Position numbers and translations under genes: made by a program
In this document: positions 9,047-19,430 of the stretch, piece by piece
How positions within the stretch are numbered: position 1 is the first letter of the stretch
Layout of the letters: every line of letters begins with the position of its first letter
The notes under the pieces: generated by a model
Databases searched by the model: none
Seen by the model: the letters and a program-made list of their open reading frames with translations, nothing else
What the model was told of the DNA's origin: nothing
Source of the DNA: Candidatus Nealsonbacteria bacterium
Lineage (GTDB): Bacteria; Patescibacteriota; Minisyncoccia; Minisyncoccales; GWA2-38-27
Reading direction: 5' to 3'
Length of the DNA stretch: 59,686 nucleotides
NCBI GenBank assembly: GCA_030616085.1
Contig: JAUWYA010000001.1
Coordinates: 74,692-134,377 of the forward strand

Positions 9047-9973
9047 ATGAGTATTTTGATAACTGGCTCAACAGGCTTTGTAGGCCGCAATTTGGTGGAG
9101 TTATTTTCAAAAAACAAATACCCAATATTGGCTTTGTCAAAGAAAGAGCTGGATCTTACTAAATCAGATGATGTGGGGAAATATTTTGAAAATAACCATA
9201 TTGAAGCCATTGTGCATTGCGCAACGACATTGAGAGAGCCCATAGCTTATCCAGCGGATACATGTGAAAATAATTTGCGTATGTTCTTTAATATACAAAA
9301 GCATATGACGCCATCGATGAAAATGATAAATTTAGGCAGCGGGTCTGAATATGGAAGAAACTATTGGCGCAAAAAAATGCCTGAAGAATATTTTAATAAG
9401 CATATTCCACAAGATAGTCATAGTTATTCAAAATATTTGATTTCAAAGTATATTCAAGATATAAATCGTGAAAATTTGATTTGTCTAAGGATATTCGGCA
9501 TATTTGGGAAATATGAGGATTATCGCTATAAATTTATATCTAATGCGATAGTAAAAAACTTGCTCAATATGCCGATCGTGATAAACCAAAACGTTATTTA
9601 TGATTATTTATACATTACTGATTTCTTCAAAATCGTAGAATACTTTATAAATAATAAGACAAAAAATAGAATTTTTAATGTCACGCCGACAAAATCAATT
9701 GATTTACTGACAATCGCAAATATTATTAATAAACTAAGCGACAAAAAAAGCGAAATACAAGTGCTGAATCAAGGAATCGCAGTTGATTATTCCGGGGATA
9801 ACAAAAGGCTTCTTTCGGAAATCAAAGATTTCCAATTTATTGAATACGAGAAGGCGATAGCCGAATTATTCGCATATTATAAAGAAACAAAAGATACTTT
9901 GGACGTAGATGCTATTAAACAGGATATTTACTTAGATTATGCAAAAGAGCTTCGTAAGAAATATTTCATATAA
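9047..9973 (+). CDS. NAD-dependent epimerase/reductase (extended SDR)
   Basis: GSTGFVG, GSGSEYG and YSYSK motifs. Confidence 0.85.
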   Translation: MSILITGSTGFVGRNLVELFSKNKYPILALSKKELDLTKSDDVGKYFENNHIEAIVHCATTLREPIAYPADTCENNLRMFFNIQKHMTPSMKMINLGSGSEYGRNYWRKKMPEEYFNKHIPQDSHSYSKYLISKYIQDINRENLICLRIFGIFGKYEDYRYKFISNAIVKNLLNMPIVINQNVIYDYLYITDFFKIVEYFINNKTKNRIFNVTPTKSIDLLTIANIINKLSDKKSEIQVLNQGIAVDYSGDNKRLLSEIKDFQFIEYEKAIAELFAYYKETKDTLDVDAIKQDIYLDYAKELRKKYFI

Positions 9974-9978
9974 TTTAT

Positions 9979-11118
9979 ATGGTCCAAAAATGTATACTTT
10001 GCAATAATAAAAAATTTAAAACTATTATTAAAATTAATAATGCGCCTGTTTGTGTGGCGAGATTATTAGATAAGAATGGGATACAGAAAGATAAAAAAAT
10101 CTTGATAGAATTAATAAGTTGTACAAGATGTAAATTGTGCCAATTGAAAAGAGATAATTTTGTAGAACGTAATTTCTATGATAATTATCAAATGCTAATT
10201 TCGTGTTCTAAACAAATGCAGGATTATCAGAAACAACAATCTGAAGATTTTGTTAAGTATTTTAACCTAAAAGGGAAATCTGCCTTTGAAATAGGTTGTG
10301 GCGATGGTACGTTTGCCTCATTTTTGAATAAATACGGCTTAAAGACTATTGGAGTTGAGCCGTCAGAACCTTTTTATAATTTAGCTAAAAAGAAAATTAA
10401 AGTTCTCAATCAATATCTAAATAAAAAAACCTGTTTAGAGAAAAAACACTATGACGCTTTTGTTTCAACACAGGTATTTGAACATTTAAGTAATCCTAAT
10501 CAAGTTCTAAGGGATGCAAAATTATATTTAAAGCCAAATGGAGTTGGTTTAATCGAGGTTCCATCTTTTTTAACCGCTATAAAAGATAACCGATATTATG
10601 ATATTTTTCGCGACCATGTTGCCTATTATACAAAGTACACATTAGAATATTTACTAGCTAGGAATAACTTTCAAGTTATAAAGACATTTCACTCAGCAGA
10701 TAATGAATATTTGACGACTTATTTTAAGAGCAATAATTATCATACTGATGAATTAAAATTATTTTCAACCGGCTATATTAATTATAAAAAAGATATTAAA
10801 AAACTATTTAGTTCATATAAAAATAAGAAAGTTGCTGTTTGGGGAGCTGGAGGAAAAGGTATAGCTCTTTTGTCTACATGCGATATTTCTCCGAAAGATA
10901 TTCTATTTGTTATTGATTCGGATATCCATAAACAAGGTAAATATACAATGGGTAGTCATATTTTAATTAAATCTCCAAAAGAGATTAATTTTAAGAAATT
11001 AGATTTAATAGTAATTTCAGCTGTTATGTATCAAAAAGAAATCATCAAAGATCTTAAGAGTAAATATAATTATAAAAATAAAATAGCTCTTATATCGCCC
11101 AAGCCGCATATTATTTAA
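9979..11118 (+). CDS. NDP-sugar C-methyltransferase-like class I SAM methyltransferase (paralog of 6541)
   Basis: CILC...CTRC, EIGCGDG, VFEH, IEVP, DHVAYY and VWGAGGKG motifs. Confidence 0.82.
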   Translation: MVQKCILCNNKKFKTIIKINNAPVCVARLLDKNGIQKDKKILIELISCTRCKLCQLKRDNFVERNFYDNYQMLISCSKQMQDYQKQQSEDFVKYFNLKGKSAFEIGCGDGTFASFLNKYGLKTIGVEPSEPFYNLAKKKIKVLNQYLNKKTCLEKKHYDAFVSTQVFEHLSNPNQVLRDAKLYLKPNGVGLIEVPSFLTAIKDNRYYDIFRDHVAYYTKYTLEYLLARNNFQVIKTFHSADNEYLTTYFKSNNYHTDELKLFSTGYINYKKDIKKLFSSYKNKKVAVWGAGGKGIALLSTCDISPKDILFVIDSDIHKQGKYTMGSHILIKSPKEINFKKLDLIVISAVMYQKEIIKDLKSKYNYKNKIALISPKPHII

Positions 11119-11133
11119 TTCTCAAATCCTGTT

Positions 11134-12423
11134 ATGGAAAACGAAAAACAACTTAGAAAAGAAATTTTAAATAAGGTTAAAAAATTCTATAAAGCTCAGA
11201 AAGAAGAGAAATTCATTCCGGGCGAAAGCCGGGTTAATTACGCTGGCAGAGTTTATGATGAAAAAGAAATAATGAATTTAGTTGATTCTTCTTTAGATTT
11301 CTGGCTGACTGCTAGCAGATATGCCAAACAGTTTGAAAATGACTTTGCCAAATTTTTAGGTTTAAAACACTGTCTTTTAACTAATTCTGGCTCTTCTGCT
11401 AATCTTTTAGCTGTTTCTGCTTTAAGATTAAAGCCAGGGGATGAAGTTATAACTACTGCCTCTGGTTTCCCTACTACTTTAAATCCTATTATCCAAAATA
11501 ATTTAATGCCGGTTTTTATTGATATTGATTTAGGAACTTATAATATTAAAACAGAAGAAATTGAAAAAGCCATCTCGCCAAAGACAAAAGCCATTTTTAT
11601 TGCTCATACTTTAGGTAATCCAGCCAAGCTAGATAAGATTTTAGCAATTGTTAAAAAATATAATTTATATTTTATAGAAGATAATTGTGATTCCTTGGGT
11701 TCAAAATATAAAGGCAGATATACTGGCAGTTTTGGACATATTTCTACTTGTAGTTTTTATCCAGCTCATCATATTACAATGGGAGAGGGGGGAGCAGTTT
11801 GTACTAATAATCCCTTGCTTAAAAAAAACATTGCCTCTTTTCGCGACTGGGGCCGAGACTGCTTGTGTGAGCCTGGCTGTGATAATACTTGCGGCAAAAG
11901 ATTTTCTCAAAAGCTTGGCAAACTGCCTTTTGGCTATGACCATAAATATACTTATTCTCATATTGGTTATAATTTAAAAATTACTGATATGCAGGCCGCT
12001 ATTGGCTTAGCTCAGCTTGAAAAACTACCTCTTTTTATTAAAAAAAGAAAAGAGAATTTCAAAGAAATATATAAATTTCTAAAACCATATGAAAATTATT
12101 TTGTTTTGCCAAAACCTGAAAAAGATTCTGAGCCTTCTTGGTTCGGATTTCCAATTTTAATAAAACCAGCCGCGTCTTTTAAAAGAAAAGAAATTGTTGA
12201 TTATTTAGAAAATAATAATATCGCTACCAGAATGCTTTTCGGGGGAAATTTATTAAAACAGCCGGCTTATGAAAATATAAAACATCGTGTTTGCGGGACT
12301 CTAAAAAATACTGATTTGGCAATGAATAATCTTTTCTGGCTTGGCGTATATCCCGGAATTACCAAAGAGAAATTGAATTATATGATTAATACTATTAATA
12401 GATTTTTAAAAAACCATGAATAA
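11134..12423 (+). CDS. rfbH: CDP-4-keto-6-deoxy-D-glucose 3-dehydrase (E1, DdhC)
   Basis: NSGSSANL, EDNCD, SFYPAHHITMGEGG (His in place of the PLP Lys), RDWGRDCxC...C and YDHKY motifs. Confidence 0.93.
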   Translation: MENEKQLRKEILNKVKKFYKAQKEEKFIPGESRVNYAGRVYDEKEIMNLVDSSLDFWLTASRYAKQFENDFAKFLGLKHCLLTNSGSSANLLAVSALRLKPGDEVITTASGFPTTLNPIIQNNLMPVFIDIDLGTYNIKTEEIEKAISPKTKAIFIAHTLGNPAKLDKILAIVKKYNLYFIEDNCDSLGSKYKGRYTGSFGHISTCSFYPAHHITMGEGGAVCTNNPLLKKNIASFRDWGRDCLCEPGCDNTCGKRFSQKLGKLPFGYDHKYTYSHIGYNLKITDMQAAIGLAQLEKLPLFIKKRKENFKEIYKFLKPYENYFVLPKPEKDSEPSWFGFPILIKPAASFKRKEIVDYLENNNIATRMLFGGNLLKQPAYENIKHRVCGTLKNTDLAMNNLFWLGVYPGITKEKLNYMINTINRFLKNHE

Positions 12424-13555
12424 TAAGCCCCTATTAAGTATTGCTATTCTAACCTGGAACAGAGCTCCCTATTTAGAAAACCTTTTAAATAATATCTTGC
12501 CTCAAGCAAAAGAATTGAAAGAAAAGGTTGAAATATGTATTTCTAATAATGGCTCAACAGATAATACCCGCGAAGTTGTAATGGAATTTAAAGAAAAATA
12601 TCCAGGCCTGATAAAATATAATGAAAATAAAGAAAACTTAGGTTTTGATAGAAACTTGCTTAAAGTAATGGAGATGTCTATCGGAAGTTTTATCTGGACT
12701 TTCGGAGATGATGATGATATTGTAGAGAATGGTTTAAAAGAGGTTGTTGAGTTTATCAAAAAAATCCCTAAAGAAAATGTAGGACTAATTACTCTAAAAG
12801 GAGAAGCGTATTTTATTGATAAGCAAACCAGGAAGAAAATAATCTATTACAATAGTTTAGATAAAAAGCATTCAGAGATATATAAAATAGATAAAAAGGA
12901 TATTTTTTTTAGATTTGTGGAGTATATGTCTATATCAACACTGCTTTTTAATAATAAAACAGTTAAAAAGATATTTAGAGAAGATAAAGATATAATAGAA
13001 AAAGAGATTGGAGACGTGAGTATTCATGCCTTAATATATAGTTTAATGTTTTTAAAATATCCTCATATTAAGGGAATTACATTTAATAAAAAAATAGTTT
13101 ATTCCGAGTTGGCTTATCATAAACCTTTTATTGAAGATAGACTTAGAGCAAATTATGAAATGCCAAAGAAATTATATCACGTGATGATATCTAACAAGTA
13201 TATGGATGATTATTATGTTCCCTTGTTTGTTAAAAAAGATAAGGAATTAAGGCGAGCATTTGTTATAGATATGATGGTATTAAGAGCTTTTGATTCTTTT
13301 AATTATGTTTCTTATTCTGATTGTTTGAGATTATTTTTTCAATATGCAGTATTTATAGATGCTTTGTTATTTTCTTTGGTTTTTTCAATTCTTTTTCTAA
13401 TCCCTGGCAAGGTTTTAAGATTTATGTATAAAGTTTTATTAATGATTAGATGCGGCAAAAAGTGGCGAAAACAATGGCAGTTTATAACTAGTTACAACTC
13501 TCAGCAACTTGGGGGCGCCAGAAGGTCAGCAGATACAGATGATATAGCTAACTAA
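12416..13555 (+). CDS. GT2 glycosyltransferase (RfbV/abequosyltransferase-like)
   Basis: LLSIAILTWNR, SNNGSTD, NLGFDRN and FGDDD motifs; follows rfbH. Confidence 0.8.
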   Translation: MNNKPLLSIAILTWNRAPYLENLLNNILPQAKELKEKVEICISNNGSTDNTREVVMEFKEKYPGLIKYNENKENLGFDRNLLKVMEMSIGSFIWTFGDDDDIVENGLKEVVEFIKKIPKENVGLITLKGEAYFIDKQTRKKIIYYNSLDKKHSEIYKIDKKDIFFRFVEYMSISTLLFNNKTVKKIFREDKDIIEKEIGDVSIHALIYSLMFLKYPHIKGITFNKKIVYSELAYHKPFIEDRLRANYEMPKKLYHVMISNKYMDDYYVPLFVKKDKELRRAFVIDMMVLRAFDSFNYVSYSDCLRLFFQYAVFIDALLFSLVFSILFLIPGKVLRFMYKVLLMIRCGKKWRKQWQFITSYNSQQLGGARRSADTDDIAN

Positions 13556-13575
13556 TCATCTATTATTATGTTTTT

Positions 13576-15312
13576 ATGGAAATTATAATAGGAAAAGGAA
13601 ATAAAATAGAGCGTAGTTCTATCCCTTTGAAAAAGGGTTTAAATGTCATTGGCGATATTGATGGAATCGTAGTTCCAGGTATTTTTGAACTTCGTCCTAT
13701 AGATAAAAATGTAAGTAGTTCAGAATTATCGCAATTATCACCTGCCCAGATAAATGGAGCTGCAGTTTTTATTTTCTTAAGAGATGAAAATCACTTTGAG
13801 TGGGCTTCAGCTGATTTTTCAGGAATTTGTGATATTTTTTACGGCACAACATCTGATGGAAAACACATAATCGGAAATAATTTTTTTGAGATATTATCTA
13901 AATTTTCCTCTGTTACTTTAGAGAAAAAAGATATAATTTTTTTCATTCGCCACGGCTGTTTTCCTATGGGAAAAACTTTTTTCAAAGAAATTTCCCGTTC
14001 AAAAATTGGAAATAAACTGAAATTTAATGGTAATTTTTTTGAAGAAAATAATTTCAATTTAGAGAAAGATAAAATTGATATAAATTATGAAACTTTTAAA
14101 AGAATTTTTACATCGGTTTTAGAATGTATAGGAATTGAAAACGATGATGCGATATTTTTTAGTGGGGGGGTTGATTCTGGCCTTATAGCTGCTTTAAGTA
14201 TCTTAAAATTTTCAAAACATCCTATTGCGATTACCGAACGCTATAACCAAGTTTTGAAGTGTAATAGAATGGATTGGGTTTTAGCTGAGAAAATCGCTGA
14301 TTTTTTAGAAATGAAGCATTTAATAATAGATGTAGATTTTAATAAAGAAAGCGTTATTTCTCTTGTTAATGTTGTGGAAAATGTACCTTTATCGGCCCAT
14401 TTATCTTTGGGGCTTTTAGACTTAAGCCAAAAGGTCGTTGAAATGGGTATAAAAAAAGTATGGTGTGGCCAAAATGCAGATCATTTATATAATCTTGGCC
14501 CTACTGCAAAAAGCTCAATAAGCAGGGGTGGATTTATTAAAAGATTTTATCTTAGCAAAGAATATATTTGCTCGCTTCCTGATATTTCTGACAACAAAAC
14601 ACCACTGAGATTTTTATACCAAACAGTAGGGGAATTAGGTATACTGGCTTTTAAAACTAAGCGGGGTTGGGGTTGGAACGTAAGACAACCCAAAACATTT
14701 AAGGAGTTTTTAAGCGTCTATGAAAATTCGGAAGAATGTTTACCTTTGCCCTTTAAAGATAAATCTCCAATAGATAAAAATATATCTAATAATTCTTTAA
14801 GTTATTCCGCTGCTAAAAAATTATTCTTTGATAGAAAAGCTCAATATCTTACCTCAGGGGATTCTAGGGTAGTTTATGCCGCGGCAGAAAAAGTTGGAAT
14901 TAAAGCAATTTTGCCCTATTCGGCGACCAATATGATTTTTTTCTTTAGACATTTAGAGATGAATCTTGGCGATGTTTTGAAACCCAAAAAATTTATATAT
15001 CGTTACCTGAAAGAGTTTTACAGTAAGAAACAATATAAAAAGTTGTATTCACTGAAAAAGAAGGAATATCAAAGCAAATCAGAATCTTTTTTGACTTGGT
15101 CAGATTGGCAAAAAGCAATAATTCAAGATACTAAATTTGGACAAGAATTAAAAGAGGAAACAGAAAAAATAAATTTACCGTCGGATTTTGTAAAAAGAAT
15201 TAAAAATTCTTGCGATTTTTTAAATATTCAACATTTGGTTGGTATTTTTTGGTTTAAAAGTATTTTAGAAAAGGTAAAAAATTTGGGAATTAGTATAAAA
15301 ACTATTGAATGA
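13576..15312 (+). CDS. Divergent asparagine-synthase-like PP-loop amide ligase lacking the N-terminal Cys
   Basis: FFSGGVDS PP-loop and GQNADHLY; no MCGI glutaminase start. Confidence 0.65.
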   Translation: MEIIIGKGNKIERSSIPLKKGLNVIGDIDGIVVPGIFELRPIDKNVSSSELSQLSPAQINGAAVFIFLRDENHFEWASADFSGICDIFYGTTSDGKHIIGNNFFEILSKFSSVTLEKKDIIFFIRHGCFPMGKTFFKEISRSKIGNKLKFNGNFFEENNFNLEKDKIDINYETFKRIFTSVLECIGIENDDAIFFSGGVDSGLIAALSILKFSKHPIAITERYNQVLKCNRMDWVLAEKIADFLEMKHLIIDVDFNKESVISLVNVVENVPLSAHLSLGLLDLSQKVVEMGIKKVWCGQNADHLYNLGPTAKSSISRGGFIKRFYLSKEYICSLPDISDNKTPLRFLYQTVGELGILAFKTKRGWGWNVRQPKTFKEFLSVYENSEECLPLPFKDKSPIDKNISNNSLSYSAAKKLFFDRKAQYLTSGDSRVVYAAAEKVGIKAILPYSATNMIFFFRHLEMNLGDVLKPKKFIYRYLKEFYSKKQYKKLYSLKKKEYQSKSESFLTWSDWQKAIIQDTKFGQELKEETEKINLPSDFVKRIKNSCDFLNIQHLVGIFWFKSILEKVKNLGISIKTIE

Positions 15313-15379
15313 TTTTACACCATGGAAAACAAAAGAAAAAAACGTAGATATTATTTAAATTAGTATTTACAAAAAAATT

Positions 15380-16417
15380 ATGATTCAGGAAAAAAGATTC
15401 TCAAAAGAATTTCAAAAAATATCTAATCTTCAAGTTTCAGCTAATTCTTTGTTGAATTGGGTATTTCAAAAAAAATCACTATCTCTAAACAAAGAGCCCG
15501 ATTATGTTATGGATTTATTTAGAGTCCAGTTATTGAATACATATTGTTTATATTCCAGAAGAAAACAATGTCAAAGTATTCGTTTTAAAAAATTTATTAT
15601 TCCTAAAGGCAAAAAGTACGAACCTATTAGTCGGCTTGTCAAAAGTTTTCGCAATAAATCAGAATATTTTGTAGATGTTATTATTTATGGGAGTATTGCA
15701 GATAATACAGTGGTCAAAAATTGGAGTGATGTAGATATTTTTGCTATTGTCAAAGAAAAGGTTTTTGAAAATACCGATAGTTTTTTAACTCTGAGAATTT
15801 TTTTGACTTCAATTGAAGATGAGTTATATAAATTCGATTTTTTTCAACATCACGGAATTCAGTTTATAAACGAAGCTGATTTAAGATTTTATCCAGAATA
15901 CTTTTTACCTTTGGAAGTTTTAAGATTTGGTAAATCACTAATTAACAAAAATAAGATAGAGTTTTTTATTCGTGATTCTATTCCAGAAAAAGAAAATCGT
16001 TTTTATAAAATAGCTGATTTGCTTAATCAATCTTCTAAAACCGGAATTTTAAAGCATCATGCCCGCAATGGAGTTTATTTGGAAGAAAATTTTAAAAACA
16101 AAGAAGATAATTTTTATCAATTAAAGTATTTTATCTCTTTAATCTTGCTTCTTCCTGGTTTATTTGTTGAGTTAGTTGATAAACCCATTTATAAAAAAAA
16201 TTCTTTTGAAAAAATTAAAAGTCACTTCGATGATAAAAAAAATCTGGAAATAATCAACAAATGCGAAAAAATAAGATATTTATTTAAAGATTTAGAGGTT
16301 GTTGATAATACTATTCCAGATAAGGTCGTTGAGATTCTTGGCAATGGCTATTTTAAAAGAGCAAATATTTTGATGAAGAAATTAGTTAAAAGATATGAAA
16401 TATATAAATCTACCTAA
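15380..16417 (+). CDS. Nucleotidyltransferase-domain protein (pol-beta superfamily)
   Basis: IYGSIAD...WSDVDIF (hGS...DxD) motif. Confidence 0.6.
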   Translation: MIQEKRFSKEFQKISNLQVSANSLLNWVFQKKSLSLNKEPDYVMDLFRVQLLNTYCLYSRRKQCQSIRFKKFIIPKGKKYEPISRLVKSFRNKSEYFVDVIIYGSIADNTVVKNWSDVDIFAIVKEKVFENTDSFLTLRIFLTSIEDELYKFDFFQHHGIQFINEADLRFYPEYFLPLEVLRFGKSLINKNKIEFFIRDSIPEKENRFYKIADLLNQSSKTGILKHHARNGVYLEENFKNKEDNFYQLKYFISLILLLPGLFVELVDKPIYKKNSFEKIKSHFDDKKNLEIINKCEKIRYLFKDLEVVDNTIPDKVVEILGNGYFKRANILMKKLVKRYEIYKST

Positions 16418-17411
16418 AAAACTTAACCAAGAGTTTTATCAGAAGTGTAGAATAGAATTGGTTAATCTTTGTCAAGGCAATCCTGATGTTGTTTCTATCT
16501 ATGAGATTGGGACTGTTTTGTATCCGGGAATATCGGATTTGGATCTTATGTTATGTCTCAAGAATAAATTAAATAATGATTTAAATATTGAAGAACAATT
16601 TAGTCAAGAGCTTAATTATATTACTTCGGGACATGTATTAAAAATAAATGAAGAGAATTTTAGAGATATGTGTATTATTGATGATCGTCCCGACCTGAAA
16701 TCAAAATATCTTTACGGAAGGAAATTTCAATTTTCAAATTTTGATGATAAAACATTTGAAATCTGTCGGATATTGGATTGGCTGCCAGTGTTGGTGTTTA
16801 CTTTGTTAAGGTCGAGAAACTCCAGTCAAGTAGATGTTATAAAAAAGCTTTTGATTATGAGCTCTGTTGTCATAAGTTTGGACAAAGTGTCAAAATTAAC
16901 AGGTAATTTTCAATTTTGTGAATTCGGAAAAAAAGTTTATAATTTGCGGTCAACTTGGTTCTCAAATAAAAATAGGATTCAAGATTTCGACATTTTATTT
17001 GTGGAGTCTGTAGTTCAAGTTCTCAAGGCTATAAAATTTATAGATGAATATTTAATCAAAAACAGATATATTTTTGGGGATTTAGGTAAAGTAGGAACGT
17101 TTCTTAAAATTCCCCGGGGACCGGAGTTTGTATTTGGTGACGAAACAGAAATAGAGAAAGGAAGAATAAGGTTACCAAAATCATTTTTCTTTTTTCTAGC
17201 CTCTCAAGCAGTTTCAAGCAATGGATTTATATCTAACCACCTTAAAAATTCATTCGATATAGAATTAACCGATTTGGATATAAATGACCACATTGATGAT
17301 AAATTAAAAAAGACCATAAAAAAAAGAATTGAGTACTGCAATAGTTTAGCTGATTTTTTTAGAGCAAATAACCTAAAGACTGGTTTATTTAAATATGGTT
17401 GGTTTATATAA
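16395..17411 (+). CDS. Putative nucleotidyltransferase-fold protein
   Basis: IYEIGTVLYPGISDLDL resembles the hG[S/T]...DxD motif. Confidence 0.5.
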   Translation: MKYINLPKKLNQEFYQKCRIELVNLCQGNPDVVSIYEIGTVLYPGISDLDLMLCLKNKLNNDLNIEEQFSQELNYITSGHVLKINEENFRDMCIIDDRPDLKSKYLYGRKFQFSNFDDKTFEICRILDWLPVLVFTLLRSRNSSQVDVIKKLLIMSSVVISLDKVSKLTGNFQFCEFGKKVYNLRSTWFSNKNRIQDFDILFVESVVQVLKAIKFIDEYLIKNRYIFGDLGKVGTFLKIPRGPEFVFGDETEIEKGRIRLPKSFFFFLASQAVSSNGFISNHLKNSFDIELTDLDINDHIDDKLKKTIKKRIEYCNSLADFFRANNLKTGLFKYGWFI

Positions 17412-17432
17412 AACCCAAGATAAAATATAATT

Positions 17433-19388
17433 ATGATAAAAAACAAAAAAATAATCGCCATAATTCCAGCTAGAGGCGGTTCAAAGACGATTCCTCATAA
17501 AAATATTGTTGATTTAGACGGATATCCTCTTATTGCTTATTCAATAATAGTCGTCCGATTATCAAAATTGATTGACAGAGTAATCGTCAGTACTGACAGC
17601 CAGGAAATTGCTGAAATTGCAAAAAAGTATGGAGCAGAAGTTCCTTTTTTGCGTCCTAAAGAGTATGCTGGTGATTTGTCTCCGGATATAGAATTTTTCA
17701 AACATGCAATTGACTGGTTTCGTCAGAACGAAGGATATGAACCCGAATACTTTGTTCATGTCCGTCCCACAACGCCTCTTAGAGAACCGGAAATAGTTGA
17801 TCAAGCAATTGAAAAAATTCTTAATAATAAAGAAGCAACTTCTCTTCGTTCTGCTCATGAGCTAAGAGAACCCCCTCATAAGTTTTTCAAAATTGAAAAC
17901 AATTTCTTTAAAGGATTATTTCCAGAAGACAAAAGGCCAGGATACCATAATTTGCCTAGACAGGTTTTCCCATCTGCTTATCATCCAAATGGCTATGTAG
18001 ATGTTGTTAAGAGCCAGACAATTATAAATACTGACACTCTCCATGGAACAAAAATATTGCCATTTATAACTCCTGAGATTATAGAATTAGATCGTCCTGA
18101 AGATTTAAATTATATAAAGTTTGACTTAAATAGAAAAAAGTATAAAATAAAAGAGTTTTTGAAAAATAATTTTAATAAAATGACAAAATATAAAATTTCT
18201 TATATTCCAAAAGAAGTTCCAGAGATTAAGACAAGATTTAGACAGATAAAAACTAAAATTCCTGTTCTTGAGTCTGTTTCTTTGCTTCAAGATATGCAGA
18301 AATATGAGGTAAGTGATATGTGTATCCATGAATTGCCTATAGTTTGGGACAGAGCAGATGATTTTCAAGTTTATGATAGGTGGGGAAATAAATGGATAGA
18401 TTTCACTTCTGGTATATTTGTGGCTAATGTTGGTCATTGCGCAAAGGAAGTAAGTGCTGCCATTGTAAAAAAAGTTGATAATAAATTGATACATTCCTAT
18501 GTTTTCCCTAATGATTCGCGTGTAAAATTAGCAAAGAAATTATGTAAAATTACCCAGATGGATAAAACATTACTTGTTGTTACTGGTTCGGAAGCCAATG
18601 ATGCTGCAATACAGATGATGCAACGAAACAGAAAAGGGAAAATATTATCAATAGACGGGGCTTATTATGGTGGCACTACAGCCTGTAGATTACTTTCAAA
18701 GAATGTAATTGATGAATTAATGAACCCCGACAAAATTAATCCTACTGAAATTGCAGGTGTTTTCTTGCAAACTTTCCGAGGACGAGATGCAAAATTTATG
18801 CCTTATGATTGGATTAGGACTTGGTGTAAATGGGCTCAAGAGAATGATATCCCAGTTGGTTTTGACGAAATGCAGTCTGGATTTGGCAGAACAGGCAAAT
18901 GGTTTGGCTATCAAAATTATGATGTGCAGCCAGATTTTATTACTGTTGGCAAAGCTCTTGGTGGTGGATTACCTATCAGCGCTGTTATCGGCAGAAAGAA
19001 ACTGTTAGAATTAAGCGATGATCTTTGGTCTACTCATACAGGAAATCCAATATGTTGCGCTGCTGCCTTAGCCTCGTTAGAAATTATAGAAAATCAAAAG
19101 TTAGTAGAAAAAACCGCTGCCAGAACTGATTGGTTTGGTCAGTTGTTGAAAGAAACATTTCCTAATCATAAAATATACGGTCAAGGAATGATTTGGGCAT
19201 TATATACTGGTGATGCAAAACTAACACAAAAAATTATAGAAAAATGCGCAGAAAAGGGATTGCTTTTAGTTAGCACATACGGGCCTGCAATCAAGATCGG
19301 ACCGCCTTTAACCATACCTGATGAAGCCCTGATTGAGGGAATTAAAGTAATAGAGGAGTCTTTTGAAGAAGTAATAAATGAAATATAA
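17433..19388 (+). CDS. Fusion: acylneuraminate cytidylyltransferase (NeuA-like) plus class III PLP aminotransferase
   Basis: N-terminal IIPARGGSKTIPHKN...RPTTPLR; C-terminal IDFTSGI, TGSEAND, DEMQSGFGRTG and GKALGGGLP; internal Met at 18180. Confidence 0.88.
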   Translation: MIKNKKIIAIIPARGGSKTIPHKNIVDLDGYPLIAYSIIVVRLSKLIDRVIVSTDSQEIAEIAKKYGAEVPFLRPKEYAGDLSPDIEFFKHAIDWFRQNEGYEPEYFVHVRPTTPLREPEIVDQAIEKILNNKEATSLRSAHELREPPHKFFKIENNFFKGLFPEDKRPGYHNLPRQVFPSAYHPNGYVDVVKSQTIINTDTLHGTKILPFITPEIIELDRPEDLNYIKFDLNRKKYKIKEFLKNNFNKMTKYKISYIPKEVPEIKTRFRQIKTKIPVLESVSLLQDMQKYEVSDMCIHELPIVWDRADDFQVYDRWGNKWIDFTSGIFVANVGHCAKEVSAAIVKKVDNKLIHSYVFPNDSRVKLAKKLCKITQMDKTLLVVTGSEANDAAIQMMQRNRKGKILSIDGAYYGGTTACRLLSKNVIDELMNPDKINPTEIAGVFLQTFRGRDAKFMPYDWIRTWCKWAQENDIPVGFDEMQSGFGRTGKWFGYQNYDVQPDFITVGKALGGGLPISAVIGRKKLLELSDDLWSTHTGNPICCAAALASLEIIENQKLVEKTAARTDWFGQLLKETFPNHKIYGQGMIWALYTGDAKLTQKIIEKCAEKGLLLVSTYGPAIKIGPPLTIPDEALIEGIKVIEESFEEVINEI

Positions 19389-19390
19389 AA

Positions 19391-19415
19391 AAAGGTGAGA
19401 TTTTTTCTCACCTTT
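19391..19415. terminator. Hairpin between convergent genes, probable intrinsic terminator
   Basis: AAAGGTGAGA / TCTCACCTTT 10-bp stem preceded by an A-run. Confidence 0.75.
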
Positions 19416-19430
19416 GAGCGATATTTCTTT

